From Microthyrium microscopicum (lineage: Eukaryota), in assembly GCA_010405405.1 (NCBI GenBank), contig MU004236.1:1804070-1868069 (forward strand): 64,000 nt of DNA. The letters are read 5' to 3'. Positions 11,888 to 24,435 of this stretch are shown here, piece by piece. The notes below the pieces were generated by a model, which saw nothing but the letters and a program-made list of their open reading frames with translations, ran no database searches and was not told the DNA's origin. The first letter of the stretch is position 1; each line of letters opens with the position of its first letter. The translations under genes were made by a program, and so were the position numbers.

Positions 11888-13950
11888 TTATTGTCCATTT
11901 GGTGGTAAGTGTTTTGCTTCTTCAGTATCAAGTCCTGGTCTATTCTCAGTGTTCAGCTTGGTCTTCGCAACGTTCCGGTCTTTGATCCTGTTCACTCCAT
12001 CTTCTGCAATGACGCTGGTTAGTTTAAGAAATCAAGGCCAGAGCTTCGAGGTTGGGCTAACTTACTGATCTGCCCATAGCCATATTCTAACAAAGGTGGT
12101 ATCCAAATGGTCACTGCGACAATCTGTCCAAAGCCCCAGTCCCAAGGATCCATCATGTTCAACGACTTGCTAATTGCAAGAAGTGATAACTGCATGCCCA
12201 TTCCTGCGGTGAGAATCAAAGTCGTAAACCAGAATACAATATTCCAGGGCCTAGGCAGCTCTGCTGCTTTGTTCTCCGTCATTCTCCCTCTGTCATCAGA
12301 GCGGTGACGACCAGCAATGTTTTGTCGTCGACGATTCCAGTGAAACAGCTGCCCTCCGAGAAGGCCCAGCAAGATGATAGTAGATCCGGTCCAAATGATA
12401 GGTGTCAAGACGCGAATTTTGTGTGATGCGTTTTTGACGGGAACGATTCCTGGTGTCGCATTTCCTGGACAAGCTGCCAAAGCTGAATAGAACCCACAAG
12501 CTGGAATGGCGGAGAGCTTATACATGAACTGCTGACTAGAGAATGTTAGTACTCAACCAACAACTATCAAAGCAGTTGCAATGCTGCACTGTTGTAATGG
12601 CAGCTAAGAATTTGGAGACTATGGTTTAGTCTCAACTTACTAAACGGCTCGGTCATCGATGTTGGTCGAGAGTCCGAGAATGTGCGAATATAGCGTCCAA
12701 TATACCACTGAAGATAGGATGTACACGATGATCGTCAGAATCGTAACACCCATCTGAACTTTTCCATAATAAACTAACAGGCAATATGCAAAAACAATCG
12801 GAAGGATGCCGTTTGTCGCCAATGGTGTCAGCATGAATGTGACAAGCATATTCGTTTCGAAGATGCCGTACGCGAAGGAAGCAATCATGAGAGTGCCACT
12901 AAAGTAGCATTGAGCCTTATGGAAATCCAAAAGCATGTCGATCCAAGAGGATTCGTGTTCCCCGAGTTGAACTGGTGCAGAGTCGTCCTTGGCAATTCGC
13001 TTCCTCTTTCTTCTGAAGCGCGTGATCCAGCCAACAATCAAGCCAAACCATAGAATGACCAGGAATATACATTGTAGGATGTACGAGGCAAAGACCTAAG
13101 TCCAATTGTCAGCTCTGATTCTGTTGAAAGCTTGCGATAATCAATGAATAGGCATAATGATGCTGTGTTCCCATCGATAGCGATGTTTGTCAACCATCAC
13201 GCTCTTCTGGGGCGTTTTTGTCTTCCAGCCGTTGACTTTCGAAACCCTTGACTTGATAGAATCGGTAAAGTTCAGAGCATCTGCTTCCATGAAAGCTGGT
13301 GGCTGCCATCACCATTGATGGGACGTCACATTCGAGATGGCCTATGCCGTAAAAACTCAGATCATACTCACTCCAATTCCAAGGACATCGGGATCAGCAT
13401 ATGGCAACGCGGCATATCCACTTCCGCACAGTTGTTGCATACACCGGTTAATTGCTTCCATGTTTGGCGCTGAGCTATTCGTCAATAGCCTGACTGGGGA
13501 GCAGTAGTCATTGTAACAAAGATCAGACCTTCTTGAGTTCCTGCAAGTCGATGATAGGCAGTCCGTCACAGAAGAAGTGATTGTTCGTAAACTGTCCTCA
13601 GTTGGATTAGGGGGAATGTATCGTTTTGTGATGTTGTTGATGTCTGAAGGAAGCGCCCCTTGAGACGAAAGTCTTGCGAGTTTTGGAACATTGACACAAG
13701 TCGCAAAGCGCGAGATCGGGCCATTGCCACTGAGCGACAAGTTGTCGTTTGGGTATGATATGTATATGAGCGATGTGTCCTGACAGTCTTTGATACAGTT
13801 GTCTGAGGGACAACCTTTGGACAGAAGATTGGGCGAGTCCGTAAATATACGGCATGTTTGATTCGAGCCTTGATTATTGGGATAACAACAGGTCAGATTC
13901 CCTGCCAATCCGAAACCCGTACATAAAGCATTATCTGTGTTGTTAGCCAT
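11888..13950 (-). CDS. Uncharacterised polytopic membrane protein with Cys-rich N-terminal domain (about 7 TM)
   Basis: ORFs 13357-13950, 12640-13041 and 12019-12525 joined by introns (first: 13096-13371). Motifs DPDVLGIGV, DFHKAQCYF and WGFGQIVAVTIW. Last exon ends ...LPPNGQ* at 11888. Confidence 0.8.
13151..13348. repeat. Imperfect inverted repeat inside intron 1 of the 7TM-like gene
   Basis: TCCCATCGATAGCGATG 13169-13185 versus CATCACCATTGATGGGA 13307-13323 (14/17; all three differences are transitions). Outer GGCATA/TATGCC, with weaker inner pairing. Confidence 0.7.
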
Positions 13951-14596
13951 TGCTTCAGGAAATTTTCCGTGAATGCTTCAATCTTGTTGACTAGACGATT
14001 TTTCATTCATTGGGGTGTCCCTGTATCGCCATGCCTTGAATAGCGCTGTGTTGAACCTGCGTAGACCTGAGCAAAGAATTGGCTGTGGTGGGAGTGTAAA
14101 ATTGCGCAAAACCAGTGCAATCAGTCTGGGCCCATTGACTTTTGCATTTCTCGCATTTCAAAGCAATAAACAAGAAGATTCAAGAGCTTGTGAGCTCAAA
14201 GGACAGAAGGCAGGCTGAGTGATGTATGTTACTCCGCTGACGTAGTCTGACAGCAAATCCTCTCCATTTGAAGCCGCATGGCATGCATTTCCCGGGGTTT
14301 GAGCCATGGTTTTCTCGTCTTGGGACCTTGCTTAATTCTTCGCTATAAATAAATCCTTGGCCAAAGACAACACAAAAATTAAACCATTGTTTCTACCCTT
14401 CAAGTTCTTGCTAGACCAATGACAGGACCTGAGGATTTGGCCATAACAATTTCAGGACGACGACCTGTCGTATTCCTGCATCACAAATCCCGTGAGCTAG
14501 AAAGCAGGCCAACGTATACTTAAGCTTCCTTTAATTAATGGCACTTACTTACTAGTAAGTCTGTAGGATATTCTGTATTTCGATATCTGACTGGCT

Positions 14597-15568
14597 CTAT
14601 GATGACGTTGAATTGGCTGAGACTCTGCTGAGCGCCAACTCAATGCATTTCTCTTCCACTAATTGTACCCAGAGAAGAGGAAGCAATGCCTCAGGACCTT
14701 TAACCAAAATCCTTTGGCTAGTTTCGAGGAATCGATTCTTGAACGTCGTCCACAGTTCTTTGCAATAATCTCTGTCTGGACGTGGATAGTAAGGATCGTT
14801 CCCAAGAAAAGCATTCACTGCTTGTTTCACACCATCTTCGTCCATGGACATATCTCTGCACAAATCGAAATCCAAGATCCAAAGGACATGTTTCCCTAGA
14901 ATTTCTGATTCCATAATGGCCACATTGTCGGACTTGCTCGATGATGGGGGAGCAAGCACAAATTCCAGGTCGTTGGCGTCCACATGAGCAATCCAAAACA
15001 GCTGTGCAAGAGTGTCAGCCATGATAGTAGCATAAATTGCGCTATCTAAGTTGAGTTCTTGGATTTGATCGATGTGTAAAGGATAATTGCGTAGGCCGAA
15101 TGCCTTGAGCCGCGACTTCGCCACGAGTTGTCGCTGTTGTCGTCTTCGCCCCAGATATGGCCGGACTATACAGTCTTCATCTGCTTTCGAGGTGTATATG
15201 ACTGCTTTCCCCGTCTCTGGACAAAAAAGGTCGATAAGCTTTTCGCGCACCGGTTTCGAAAATGCTGGTACGCGCTCCGTAATGAGAACGTTACAAGGCT
15301 GGCGACCCTTGGGAAACCTGTGCAGTTGATTGCGCCACCATAATTCATCATCCTGACCAATATATTCATGGCAGTTGGGAACTTGGACAGTAGCCTCAGC
15401 AGGTAGTGTCTCCAACACCTTTTTGTGCATAATGTAGTCGTTATGTAGAGATCTGCCCGGGCCACCATCTTCTCGTTTGAAGCAAAAATTTGCCTCAGAT
15501 GAGGCCCATACCGAGCCGCAGTTGCCTTTGCCAATTTCCCTTAATCGGTCTTTTGCTAGAGGTTCCAT
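14597..15568 (-). CDS. DUF3669-type, protein-kinase-like hypothetical protein (323 aa, intronless)
   Basis: IGKGNCGSVW, FKRE, VRPYLGRRR, LRNYPLH, VDANDLEFVL, WILDFDLC and NDPYYPRP match my recollection of fungal DUF3669 proteins. Confidence 0.8.
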   Translation of the reverse strand: MEPLAKDRLREIGKGNCGSVWASSEANFCFKREDGGPGRSLHNDYIMHKKVLETLPAEATVQVPNCHEYIGQDDELWWRNQLHRFPKGRQPCNVLITERVPAFSKPVREKLIDLFCPETGKAVIYTSKADEDCIVRPYLGRRRQQRQLVAKSRLKAFGLRNYPLHIDQIQELNLDSAIYATIMADTLAQLFWIAHVDANDLEFVLAPPSSSKSDNVAIMESEILGKHVLWILDFDLCRDMSMDEDGVKQAVNAFLGNDPYYPRPDRDYCKELWTTFKNRFLETSQRILVKGPEALLPLLWVQLVEEKCIELALSRVSANSTSS

Positions 15569-16327
15569 GTATGTTGTATGTATAATGTGGTACTATGTTA
15601 TTTCTGGTTGTTTAACAGTTCATTGTTTAAGAACTGTTGGGAAAGAAAGCTTTATATACCCAACAGAATTGGATATGCGGTGAGTCACTGGCCATTACCA
15701 GTACCAAGGTTGAAAACAGAGCCAGCCAGCTAGCGTACCGCCATATGCTTAGGTACAGATTATGATACATGGCCAGAACATGAAATGAGGAATATAATTA
15801 GTGGCGAGGCCAAAGTCCTTCTGATCGTTCCTTTTTTGGATTCATACATGTCAGCTTTCCTGCGCGTCGATCATCTGGTTTGGAAAACTAACCTGTACAA
15901 AGTAAACCTTTGTTCTGCTCATCAATTCGAGGTATGTATTTCTTGACGTTGTCTTGCTATGAGACTAGTGATAAGTGCAGTCTATTATATCCTTGCCGAT
16001 GATCATTGGAGTTCTCAACCACCAGGTAGAAAAGATCTTGGAGATATACGATAAACGCAAGAAACATTGACATTCAACTCTGAAGATAACTTGCGGAGAA
16101 CGAAGGTGTGGACTACCGTTCTAATGAGATCCAATGTTGCTTTCATTAATTGGTCATGAACGCATCGACAAAACATATGAGTCCTTTCGTCATGAATAAG
16201 TTAGGAATTAAAGTCAAAAGCTTCACCAAAAGTATCTTCGTGATCGCGAAGACGTATTGATAATGAAGTCGTGATAATTTTCCTATTGAAATTGCTTTGA
16301 TATTCATGTCAATTTTACCAAGGCAAT

Positions 16328-17154
16328 TTACGCCATCTCTTGTCTTCGAGGCAATAATTTCTCGTCATTACCGAGCATCTCCACTGGTGATACATCCAGC
16401 TCATGTTGCGGACTAGCGCCGTCCAATTCATGGAGCTCTTCGCCTTGATAATGTCCTGTAACAACCTGCTCCTTCTTGGCCTTTTCAACGTCACGTTCTT
16501 GTGCAACTGCAGGTCCGGCTTCTACGGTACCAGCATTATTTTCCGTCACTGGCTGTTTCCTTCGGCGCATACAGAAAAATAGGGCACCAGCAAGGACTAT
16601 GAGAGCCCCAAGACCTACACCAACACCTAAACCAGCTTTAGCGCCAGTGGAAAGCCCAGAGCTGCTTTTGCGAGCCGCTGAGCTGGTCGCAGACGGTGTT
16701 GAAGAAGGAAGAGCAGTGGTCGAGTTGCAGCTTGAAACGATGGGCAGTAGGTCGGGGATTGAGACATTTGCGCTATAGAAAACTTGTAAGAATCTTTGCC
16801 TATATTGAAATGGAGACTTATCCCACGTTGAACAAAAGTCCAGGTTATATTTCAAGTAGGCTGCAAAGTCATTCGACGAGCACTTCGTCGATGCGCAGCA
16901 CACCGAGTTCTTGACGAAAACAGAACTTTGGCAGGCGCATGCAGTAGGATTGAAAGTGCTACAGTTCGCAACAGTCAGGGCGTTCGCGAGGCATGATGTC
17001 TAAGATCGTGAAAGTTAGCTTCGATCTCGGAGAAAAAGATTGCGGAGGATTTACTGACCCCGCAAGCGGGCAGAACCGTTGATGGCGTCTGGCCGGACAC
17101 CCATTGGGTGAATATCGCGATCTGAAGGATGAGAGCCGCAAAGAATAGTTCCAT
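16328..17154 (-). CDS. CFEM-domain single-pass cell-surface membrane protein
   Basis: Exon 1 from ATG 17154: MELFFAALILQIAIFTQWVSGQTPSTVLPACG. Spliced to TSCLANALTVANCSTFNPTACACQSSVFVKNSVCCASTKCSSNDFAAYLKYNLDFC (CFEM Cys spacing). Then a Ser/Thr linker, TM LSTGAKAGLGVGVGLGALIVLAGALFF, RRRK stop-transfer and a cytoplasmic tail. Confidence 0.82.
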
Positions 17155-18390
17155 GATGATTAGTCCCCTCCGGGTCCTGAGGTCAAGACAACCTGAAAGT
17201 TAAGATTCACGATAGAGAATGAAATCGGTTGCAATGCAATCGGAAGAACAGAATTGAACGAGTTTGGTGGCTGGCGAGTAGGCCGGACCCGACTGTCTGT
17301 AGGATTGCTTTTAAAGGTTCGTTTACTCTGCATATACATCTGCAGTCTCCAGTTGGATCACATCCGTGATAGGACAAGAACACAAAAATCATGCACACAA
17401 GTTCTGAAAGGCCTTCTAGCGTCGGCCTGTTGCATAACGGAAAGTAAATCTCGGCGATAATGAGGCAGGAGGATTCAAAGCGATGCCAATCTGGGTGAAA
17501 TTTGTAGGTAGAATGTATGCGCAATGGTTTTATGCAGCGCTTACAAAAATGGAGCATGAAGGTGTCGGGAATCATCATGAACCAAGCGTGACGCCGCATC
17601 GTTCTGCAACCGTAGATCAGAAGAAATCGAGTATTGCACAAATGAAGACACCAGTACTCCTCTGCGCAAGATGTAGCATTCAAACTCATCAGTTCAAGCA
17701 CGCTGTGTAGGTAGGTAGGATCAACCGCAGCATCGTAAACAGACGGAACTACAGCGGAACTGAATTTTGGAGTAAAACTATTGGCCCAAGCTGTGGGCTG
17801 TTGGAGTCAGTATTTCATGACGGTTTGGCTTGGAGCGCAAGGGCTTCTATTAAAGAAAGATCGCAAATTCGCAAATTATTCGATGTCTATCAACACGCAG
17901 GTATTGCTACAAGGTCTAGATTTGATGACGGATATTGTTTGACGAGAAGACGCGCGTAGAGATGATACAAAACTCGGTCGGTTGCGCGAGTCAGGTAATG
18001 ATCATGGAGCACTTATATAGCCCCCATTGAAATTGCCCCCCCACGATCATTGATGAATCTAGATTTCTGAGCTTGTGAGCTCTTGATATTTGCAATGTTC
18101 ATGATAGCCAGTCCTTCTCTCTCCCGTCAAATACGGCGGTAAGTAAGTAAAGTACCTAGGCACCTGAGCATATGTCAAAGGCGACGTGGGCTTGCTGTAT
18201 CAAATTGTCTTAACTGTACTGGTTTGGGGAGCGAGTATTGTATAGCCCCTGATCTGCCTGTTTATGCCCCTGCAAGGCTAAACCCATTATCACTTGCACT
18301 CGAGAGATGTTCAAGTGTTCACCAACCCATCCTTTTACCCTGTACCTACACTTCGCAAATTCTTATTGAAAAGACGTCGGTTATCTAGTC

Positions 18391-20532
18391 ATGGCCACCT
18401 CAAATACACTACCTTCTCCTGTACTGAGCTTACCCGATGAGCTGTTGCTCGCAATCTTTGAGGAAGTACGTACCAGTTCTTCGTTCCTATCGTTTCTATC
18501 GTGACTGTCCAGGGACAACATGAGTGAGCCGTTTGATGGAGTTCACATCGATTACGATAGCTGCCATAACACTGCTTAAAAGAGCGACTACTTTGATTAC
18601 CATCATACTCGATCAATCAGTGTCAGTTTTACGACGCTGATGGTAGTTAAAGCAGTCGTTTTCTAAAAAGTGTTATGGCAGCCATTGTCATCGATGGGAA
18701 TACGATTCGAAACGGCTCCTTTTTCTGTCCCCGAAGAGCCAGGAAGGACCAATTCAAGTTTGATTAATACTGACCTCTTCGACTAGCTACAACCTAGTTC
18801 CCTCGAATGCTGCAGTGCAGTCTGCCATCGTTTTTATCGTCTCGCTGTACCCATCATATACAAAGATATTAGACTCTATGTCCATCCAATCAACCACATG
18901 TTTCAGCGATTGACCCGAAATGGCTCCCAATTGCCACGATGGATCGAATCAGCCCAGTTTGATGAGACACTTCCGTCTAATGAAGCCGCGGTAGCCCTCG
19001 TCGCGCTTGTCGAAGCCGCCAAGAGGCTCACAAGAATCAAATATACCGGCGAGTTTCATATGCTACCATCACTGTTGGATACCATATCCAGGCGTCCAGA
19101 GGTGGTACTAGAAGTTCAAGTTCAGCTACGCCCACACAGAGACGATGATGAGCTAGAGTGGATGGATCTGGATGACATGCAAGGCTTTTCCTCCCCGGCC
19201 TTACAAAAACTCGACTTGTTTGTGGCCACTTGGGATCTGGCACCGCACGAGACGATAGTCCGATGTCTCTCACGAACAGTGAAGACATGTCCAAACCTAC
19301 GGAGTCTCAGTTTTGCACCTTATATCTGGCCTCGCAGCCGCAGGATGGGTGGCAACGATTCATTGCTAGACCTGGACATAGCCTCCTCGGACGTCCTCCC
19401 TCAAATCGAAGAATATTCGTATATGCCTCTAAGCTTGGAGACAATTTCAACGTGGGCTTCCGGAGCTGGCTGGCGCTCACTGGCGATTCTTAAGCTTGAT
19501 AATCCAGCCCATTTGGATGCTTTCAGCGGAAGAGTTCCCTCCCTCAACATGCTCGTCATCTCTGGGCGTGATTTCGGCTACCACTATCTCGAAAACATTG
19601 CTCAATTTACTGCACCCATACGGAGACTGCACATCCAGGAACCAGAAAGATTTGATCTTCCGGTACACTTCCTAAGTCAGTTTAGCACCACATTAGAGGA
19701 GCTTGTTGTGCAGCCTCCATCGTGTTTATTTACGCCCACAATGAGCTCCAGGGCGTCTCATGGCATTGATCAGTTACCTCGAGCATGTCCCAAGCTACGG
19801 AAGCTTTACGTTTATCTCCGCGCAGACATAGTTTGGGAACACGCATGTCTAAACGCTATCTCAAAGCTCCAACAGCTTGAACAGGTCATTTTTCTCGTGA
19901 ACACCAAACTTGCAGCGGATCGAGAACCGGGAGAAGAAGTCTCGCTGCGTGCACTTCGGGTTCAAGCTCTTCATTGGCTCTATGTCTTTAAGCTGTTCAA
20001 TCCTAGTAGTCCACTGTCGCTGCTTGGACTGCATGATAAAGACGGATCTCCTACCCTTCAGCAGTCTCGTGAATCGTTCATGGATATAGCCACTGTAACA
20101 GTCGAGGTCCAGGATCTCCTTGAAAACAGCAAGGTCATCCCAAAAGCTGCCGATTCCCTAGCGTCTTTGGATGATTATACCTTTCGAAGCCAGTTGCGGA
20201 AATTGACTATGGCAGAGTGTCGGCCCTTCTTCGTCGAATTTCCTTTCTATACGCGACCAGAATTGATCTTGTTCGCAAGGAAACTAGGAGAAGATTGGGT
20301 TCACGAAGAGCTCGTCCTGGAGGGTCTGATTTCCAGGAACGAATTGACAAGATCTGAACCAAGACCACTCGAGCATCCCATCAGGAACAACGATTCTCGA
20401 ACGAATGCCGAATGGCGGACTACTGTCAAAACTGAGCTTCAGTATCTGAAACGGATAAATGCATACGAGGAGAAGCATGGAAAATATACAACACTATTTG
20501 ACGTTCTGTACCCTTTTGAGGAAATAGCATAG
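18391..20532 (+). CDS. F-box protein with degenerate LRR-like C-terminal region
   Basis: Exon 1 18391-18465 MATSNTLPSPVLSLPDELLLAIFEE. A 321-nt intron (18466-18786) joins in frame to LQPSSLECCSAVCHRFYRLAVPIIYKDI, completing the F-box and continuing into the 544-aa ORF (CPNLRSLSF, CPKLRKLYV). Confidence 0.82.
18512..18731. repeat. Long imperfect inverted repeat (fold-back) inside the F-box intron
   Basis: Nested pairings: GGGACA/TGTCCC; GAGCCGTTT 18526-18534 / AAACGGCTC 18710-18718; GCTGCCATAACACT 18560-18573 / AGTGTTATGGCAGC 18669-18682 (14 bp perfect); CGACTACTTTGATTACCATCA / TGATGGTAGTTAAAGCAGTCG. Confidence 0.9.
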
Positions 20533-21089
20533 ACAATACAACCGCTGGACGAAATACATGGCGTGTCCCACCGACTTCGATGGCTCTCACATAACACGCT
20601 CTGGTATCGAGTATGTTTCGTGCCATATAGAGAGTTCAGCCTAGCATAATTTGACGAGTGCAATAGTAAATACAGCACCTTTTGTTTAGTAGCGTTGGTG
20701 GGAGTAGTGAAGTCGGTTGGGGCACGCCAGTCATTTTGTCCTTCGGTTGACAGCACACGAGAGCAGCATAGCGCAAAGGATCATGTCGTTGAGGGAGAGC
20801 TTCCACATGGCAACACATGAAACACATCGTGGTCGTGTTTTCCACGTCTAGCGCAGAGCTACGGAACAGACCCTTGGATGAGCGGCTGCAACCGAAGTAA
20901 GGCAATGGCGACCGCGGAAATTTCCAACTACCAGCTATCAATCGCAACTCCACGATAGGCAGTTCTCAGTTTCACACAAAACTGCGATGATGGAAAAGCT
21001 TTGCGATGTCTTGACAGCAACCGCAGCGTGTGGAGGTACGTATTTAACTATGCTACCAAGCCTACCTGCAGAACTAGTCTTCCAGACCG

Positions 21090-23367
21090 CTAAACAGCAT
21101 ATCCCATCTGCGCACTAGCTCCCTGGAAGAAACCCAAGACAAAAGAACATCGACTAAGAGGATTCTTTGTATCCGCAATCAAGCCAAAGCTTGTGTTTCG
21201 CGCTTCAAGCACAGGGAAAGCCAGCTCAGGCAATTGAACCTTCGGCCATTCGATGGTTGCATTCTTGATTCGGTTTGTGTTGGGATCTCCAGTTGTCGCA
21301 TGGCTTACGAGATAACTTTGATATGCCTGCGACATGGGATTTGGAGGAATTCCGTTATAGTACTTGAAGGTTGTTAGCGCCAAATTACGAAAACGTTGTC
21401 CTCGCCAGCAATTTCTTTGAATGATATTTCGCTGAAATGTCAAACAACGACATTTGCCTATTGTACCATCCCAACGGAATGCCGACCGACAACCTCAATG
21501 AAGTTTCGACTGGGGTAGATACTTACAGTAGGGAATACATCACTACCGTGAAGTCCGTCTCCAGTGGAATACTGAATATTCCAACTTTGACCAATATATG
21601 CAACCGAAAGGAAACGAGTATTGCACGTAAATGTGGTATCTTGCAAGAAGATTCTCATCCTGTCAGACTCTGTTTTGTAAGGGCTGCCCGAGGCATTAAC
21701 AGGCGGGTAAACCTGTGCAATTTTCTTAGCCCAGCCATTTTGATCGATGGCAACCTTGGGATACGCCCGTCGTAGCCAGTCGTCAAAACCGGCATCTGTT
21801 GTTACAGTCTGGTCGAAAAAGATCTCGGCTTCGTTCGCCACGTGCGAGGAAATAACGCTCTTGATTCCCTTCCAGTAATTCCCAGATGCATACTCCAGCT
21901 GTGCGAGCTGACGTATGAGTTTTCCATCCGGAGCAGGTCCGAGACGAAAGACACCTCCAGGCGCCGAGGCTTGAACCGCATTGCCAGCCAAAGTAATATT
22001 ATCGGTCGGGACATTTCGTAGACATGCGAGACCTTGGCCGGCACATCCGACATCTTGTTCAATGGTTTTATAGTCTTCAGTGAACTGGCCACGGCTATCC
22101 CACTGTGGGCTGATAGCAGGTGACTGAACTATAGCCTTGTTGAACAAGGGATCTCGCTTTCCGCCTTCGAAAATCATATGGTGGAAGACAGATCCTCCTC
22201 CGGCACTCTCTCCCCAGGCTGACACATCAGTTTTATCGCCTCCGAAGAGTGACGAGTACTTTTGCACCCATTCGAAAACCGCGATCTGATCGTAGAATCC
22301 TGCGTTTGGCTTGCCCTGAGCCTCCACCACTGTTCCCTATGTTTTTTATTAGACAAAAAGACCGAATACCTCGTTGTCATCCTTGGTGGACTTACTGCTA
22401 AAAAGCCGAAGGGACCGAGACGATAATTCCTACGTACAACTTAGCATGAGTTTGACAGTCTTGAACCGGTTTATGGTAGCTAATGCATAGAGCCTTACCC
22501 AGCGACCAGGATTGCATTGCCTATGCCTGTACCATCCGCTGCGTCTTTGTTGCCAATAACGTATGCTCCACCATGAATCGACACGATTATGGGTAATTTG
22601 GAGCTTGGGTTCTTCAAAGCTTTTCCAGGAACGAACAGGTCTAGAACAGTATTAGTTTGTGGCTTCTGTCGAAATAGCTTGCAGGCTGTCTACTCAAGAA
22701 AAGGCAGTCCTCGCTAAATGGTCCAGGCACAAATGCACCTCCTGGAGGCGCTCCTGGAGGAAGTGTTCCCTATTATCAGTTAGCACATGTCTCCCAGTAT
22801 CGATCGAAGCGATGCCGCTGAGGTAATCGAGCATCATCAGATTGAAAACCGCTGGGAAGTTAACGTGAACCCCTCAAAAAGCTTCCGGCGAAGGATATAT
22901 AGAAAGGATGATTATACCGGTGGTAGACCTGGGATCGATGGCGCAGGAATTACTGTTTGTGGGCAGGAGGGCCCATAAGATCCATCACTCAGTGTGCTAT
23001 TATTTTCTGGTGCTTTAGGAAGGGCCCATCGACCGCTTCCCGCTGTTGAGGCTCTGTTAAATCATTTCATTAGCTCCTATATCCATCCGTTCATATGGAC
23101 CTATCACTCTTACCCGTATCGGATATTCCTAAATGTGTAAACCTTTAGAAGTTGTCAGCATTATTATTTTAAAGTATGACTCTATAAAAAACTAACATCC
23201 GTGGCTGGTGTGTAATTGGTTGCTTGATATGATTGGTATGGCAGTTTAAGAATGGGCAATTGGCCTTGCCGCTTTTCGAATTGGAAATCTACCCCAGGTG
23301 CTCCAAGGACAGAAGTGATGGCATATGACGCTAACACAAAGATCTGTGCTGTTCTAGAAGAGTACAT
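21090..23367 (-). CDS. Secreted type-B carboxylesterase/lipase (alpha/beta hydrolase; multi-exon)
   Basis: Signal peptide MYSSRTAQIFVLASYAITSVLG; FSEDCLF, SIHGGAY, NYRLGPFGF, NAGFYDQIAVFEWVQ, FGGD, nucleophile WGESAGG, and GLHGSDV (catalytic His). Confidence 0.92.
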
Positions 23368-24435
23368 TTTGAAATGTCAAAACAATTGAGGTTGAAATGC
23401 AAGCGTAGTGAGTGGTAGCCAGACTCCTCAGCTAACATAATTCATGACGAAACTGAGGAGTAGATGTAGGTATTGCTTGTCCTTGCACATTGGAGGCTGA
23501 ACTGGGGTTAAATTGCTCTCTAAAAATACTTGCCCGTCAACCCATTTCATCATGTTGTCGGATGTGGCAGCAGGCAGTTGAGAAACAGGCTTGCCAAACA
23601 AATGAGGCAATGATCACCAGGATGAGCCTGCGATGTCCTGGCATTTTGGCATCTGGGGTACACACCAGTAGCTTCGTGAATACGAATGAGTTTCGCAATT
23701 GGCCCATTTCTCAGCACTGACATAGCCATAGGAATCATCTGGGTCGTAATTGGCGAGACTCGCGGCAGTCTATATTGCATCGCTGGGTACGAATCGGACC
23801 TACGACCAGGCTTCTCTCAAGTTTTGATGAAGGATGCGGATCCGTTTAGTCCCTTGGTTTCTCATGGGCTTGTGTACACACATCACGATTGCCAATGTAG
23901 GTGTTTCAGTGCGTTTTCAAAGCCTAACGAGTCTGGTAAAATCGGTATCTTTAACTTTACCATTCTTGTAAATGACTACGCGTACCTTACATGCATTCTG
24001 TGTTGACTAAAATTAAGCGCCATCGGGCAATATAATTCAGCAAGCATGCTCCTTGCTCGTCACCTAAAAACTGACCCTACTTAAGATACCTAGGATCCAA
24101 CTTCTTGTTTGAGAGAAGGCCGGCGAGAGAGAAAATTGGAGATAGATTCAGATCCCAGCTATGATTAAATGTGTCGGGCAATCCAGGACCTTTTGGTCAG
24201 AGAATGGTAGCGTGTCGCAATTCTCAGTCCCACAGAGTTGCTATGTTTTTTTCCGTTGCAGCATGTACCCAGGCACTGAGACGCAAGGAGACACGCCAAA
24301 TGCCCGCGAATAAGATGTCAACATGAATGTATTTGCTCGTGTTAACAGGAGTAACGGCGCTAGGGTCCATGATCCGGGAAGCTCAAGATTTTGAGCCGCC
24401 TTGGCCCATAAACGGCGGTAATGGAAGCATTGGCC

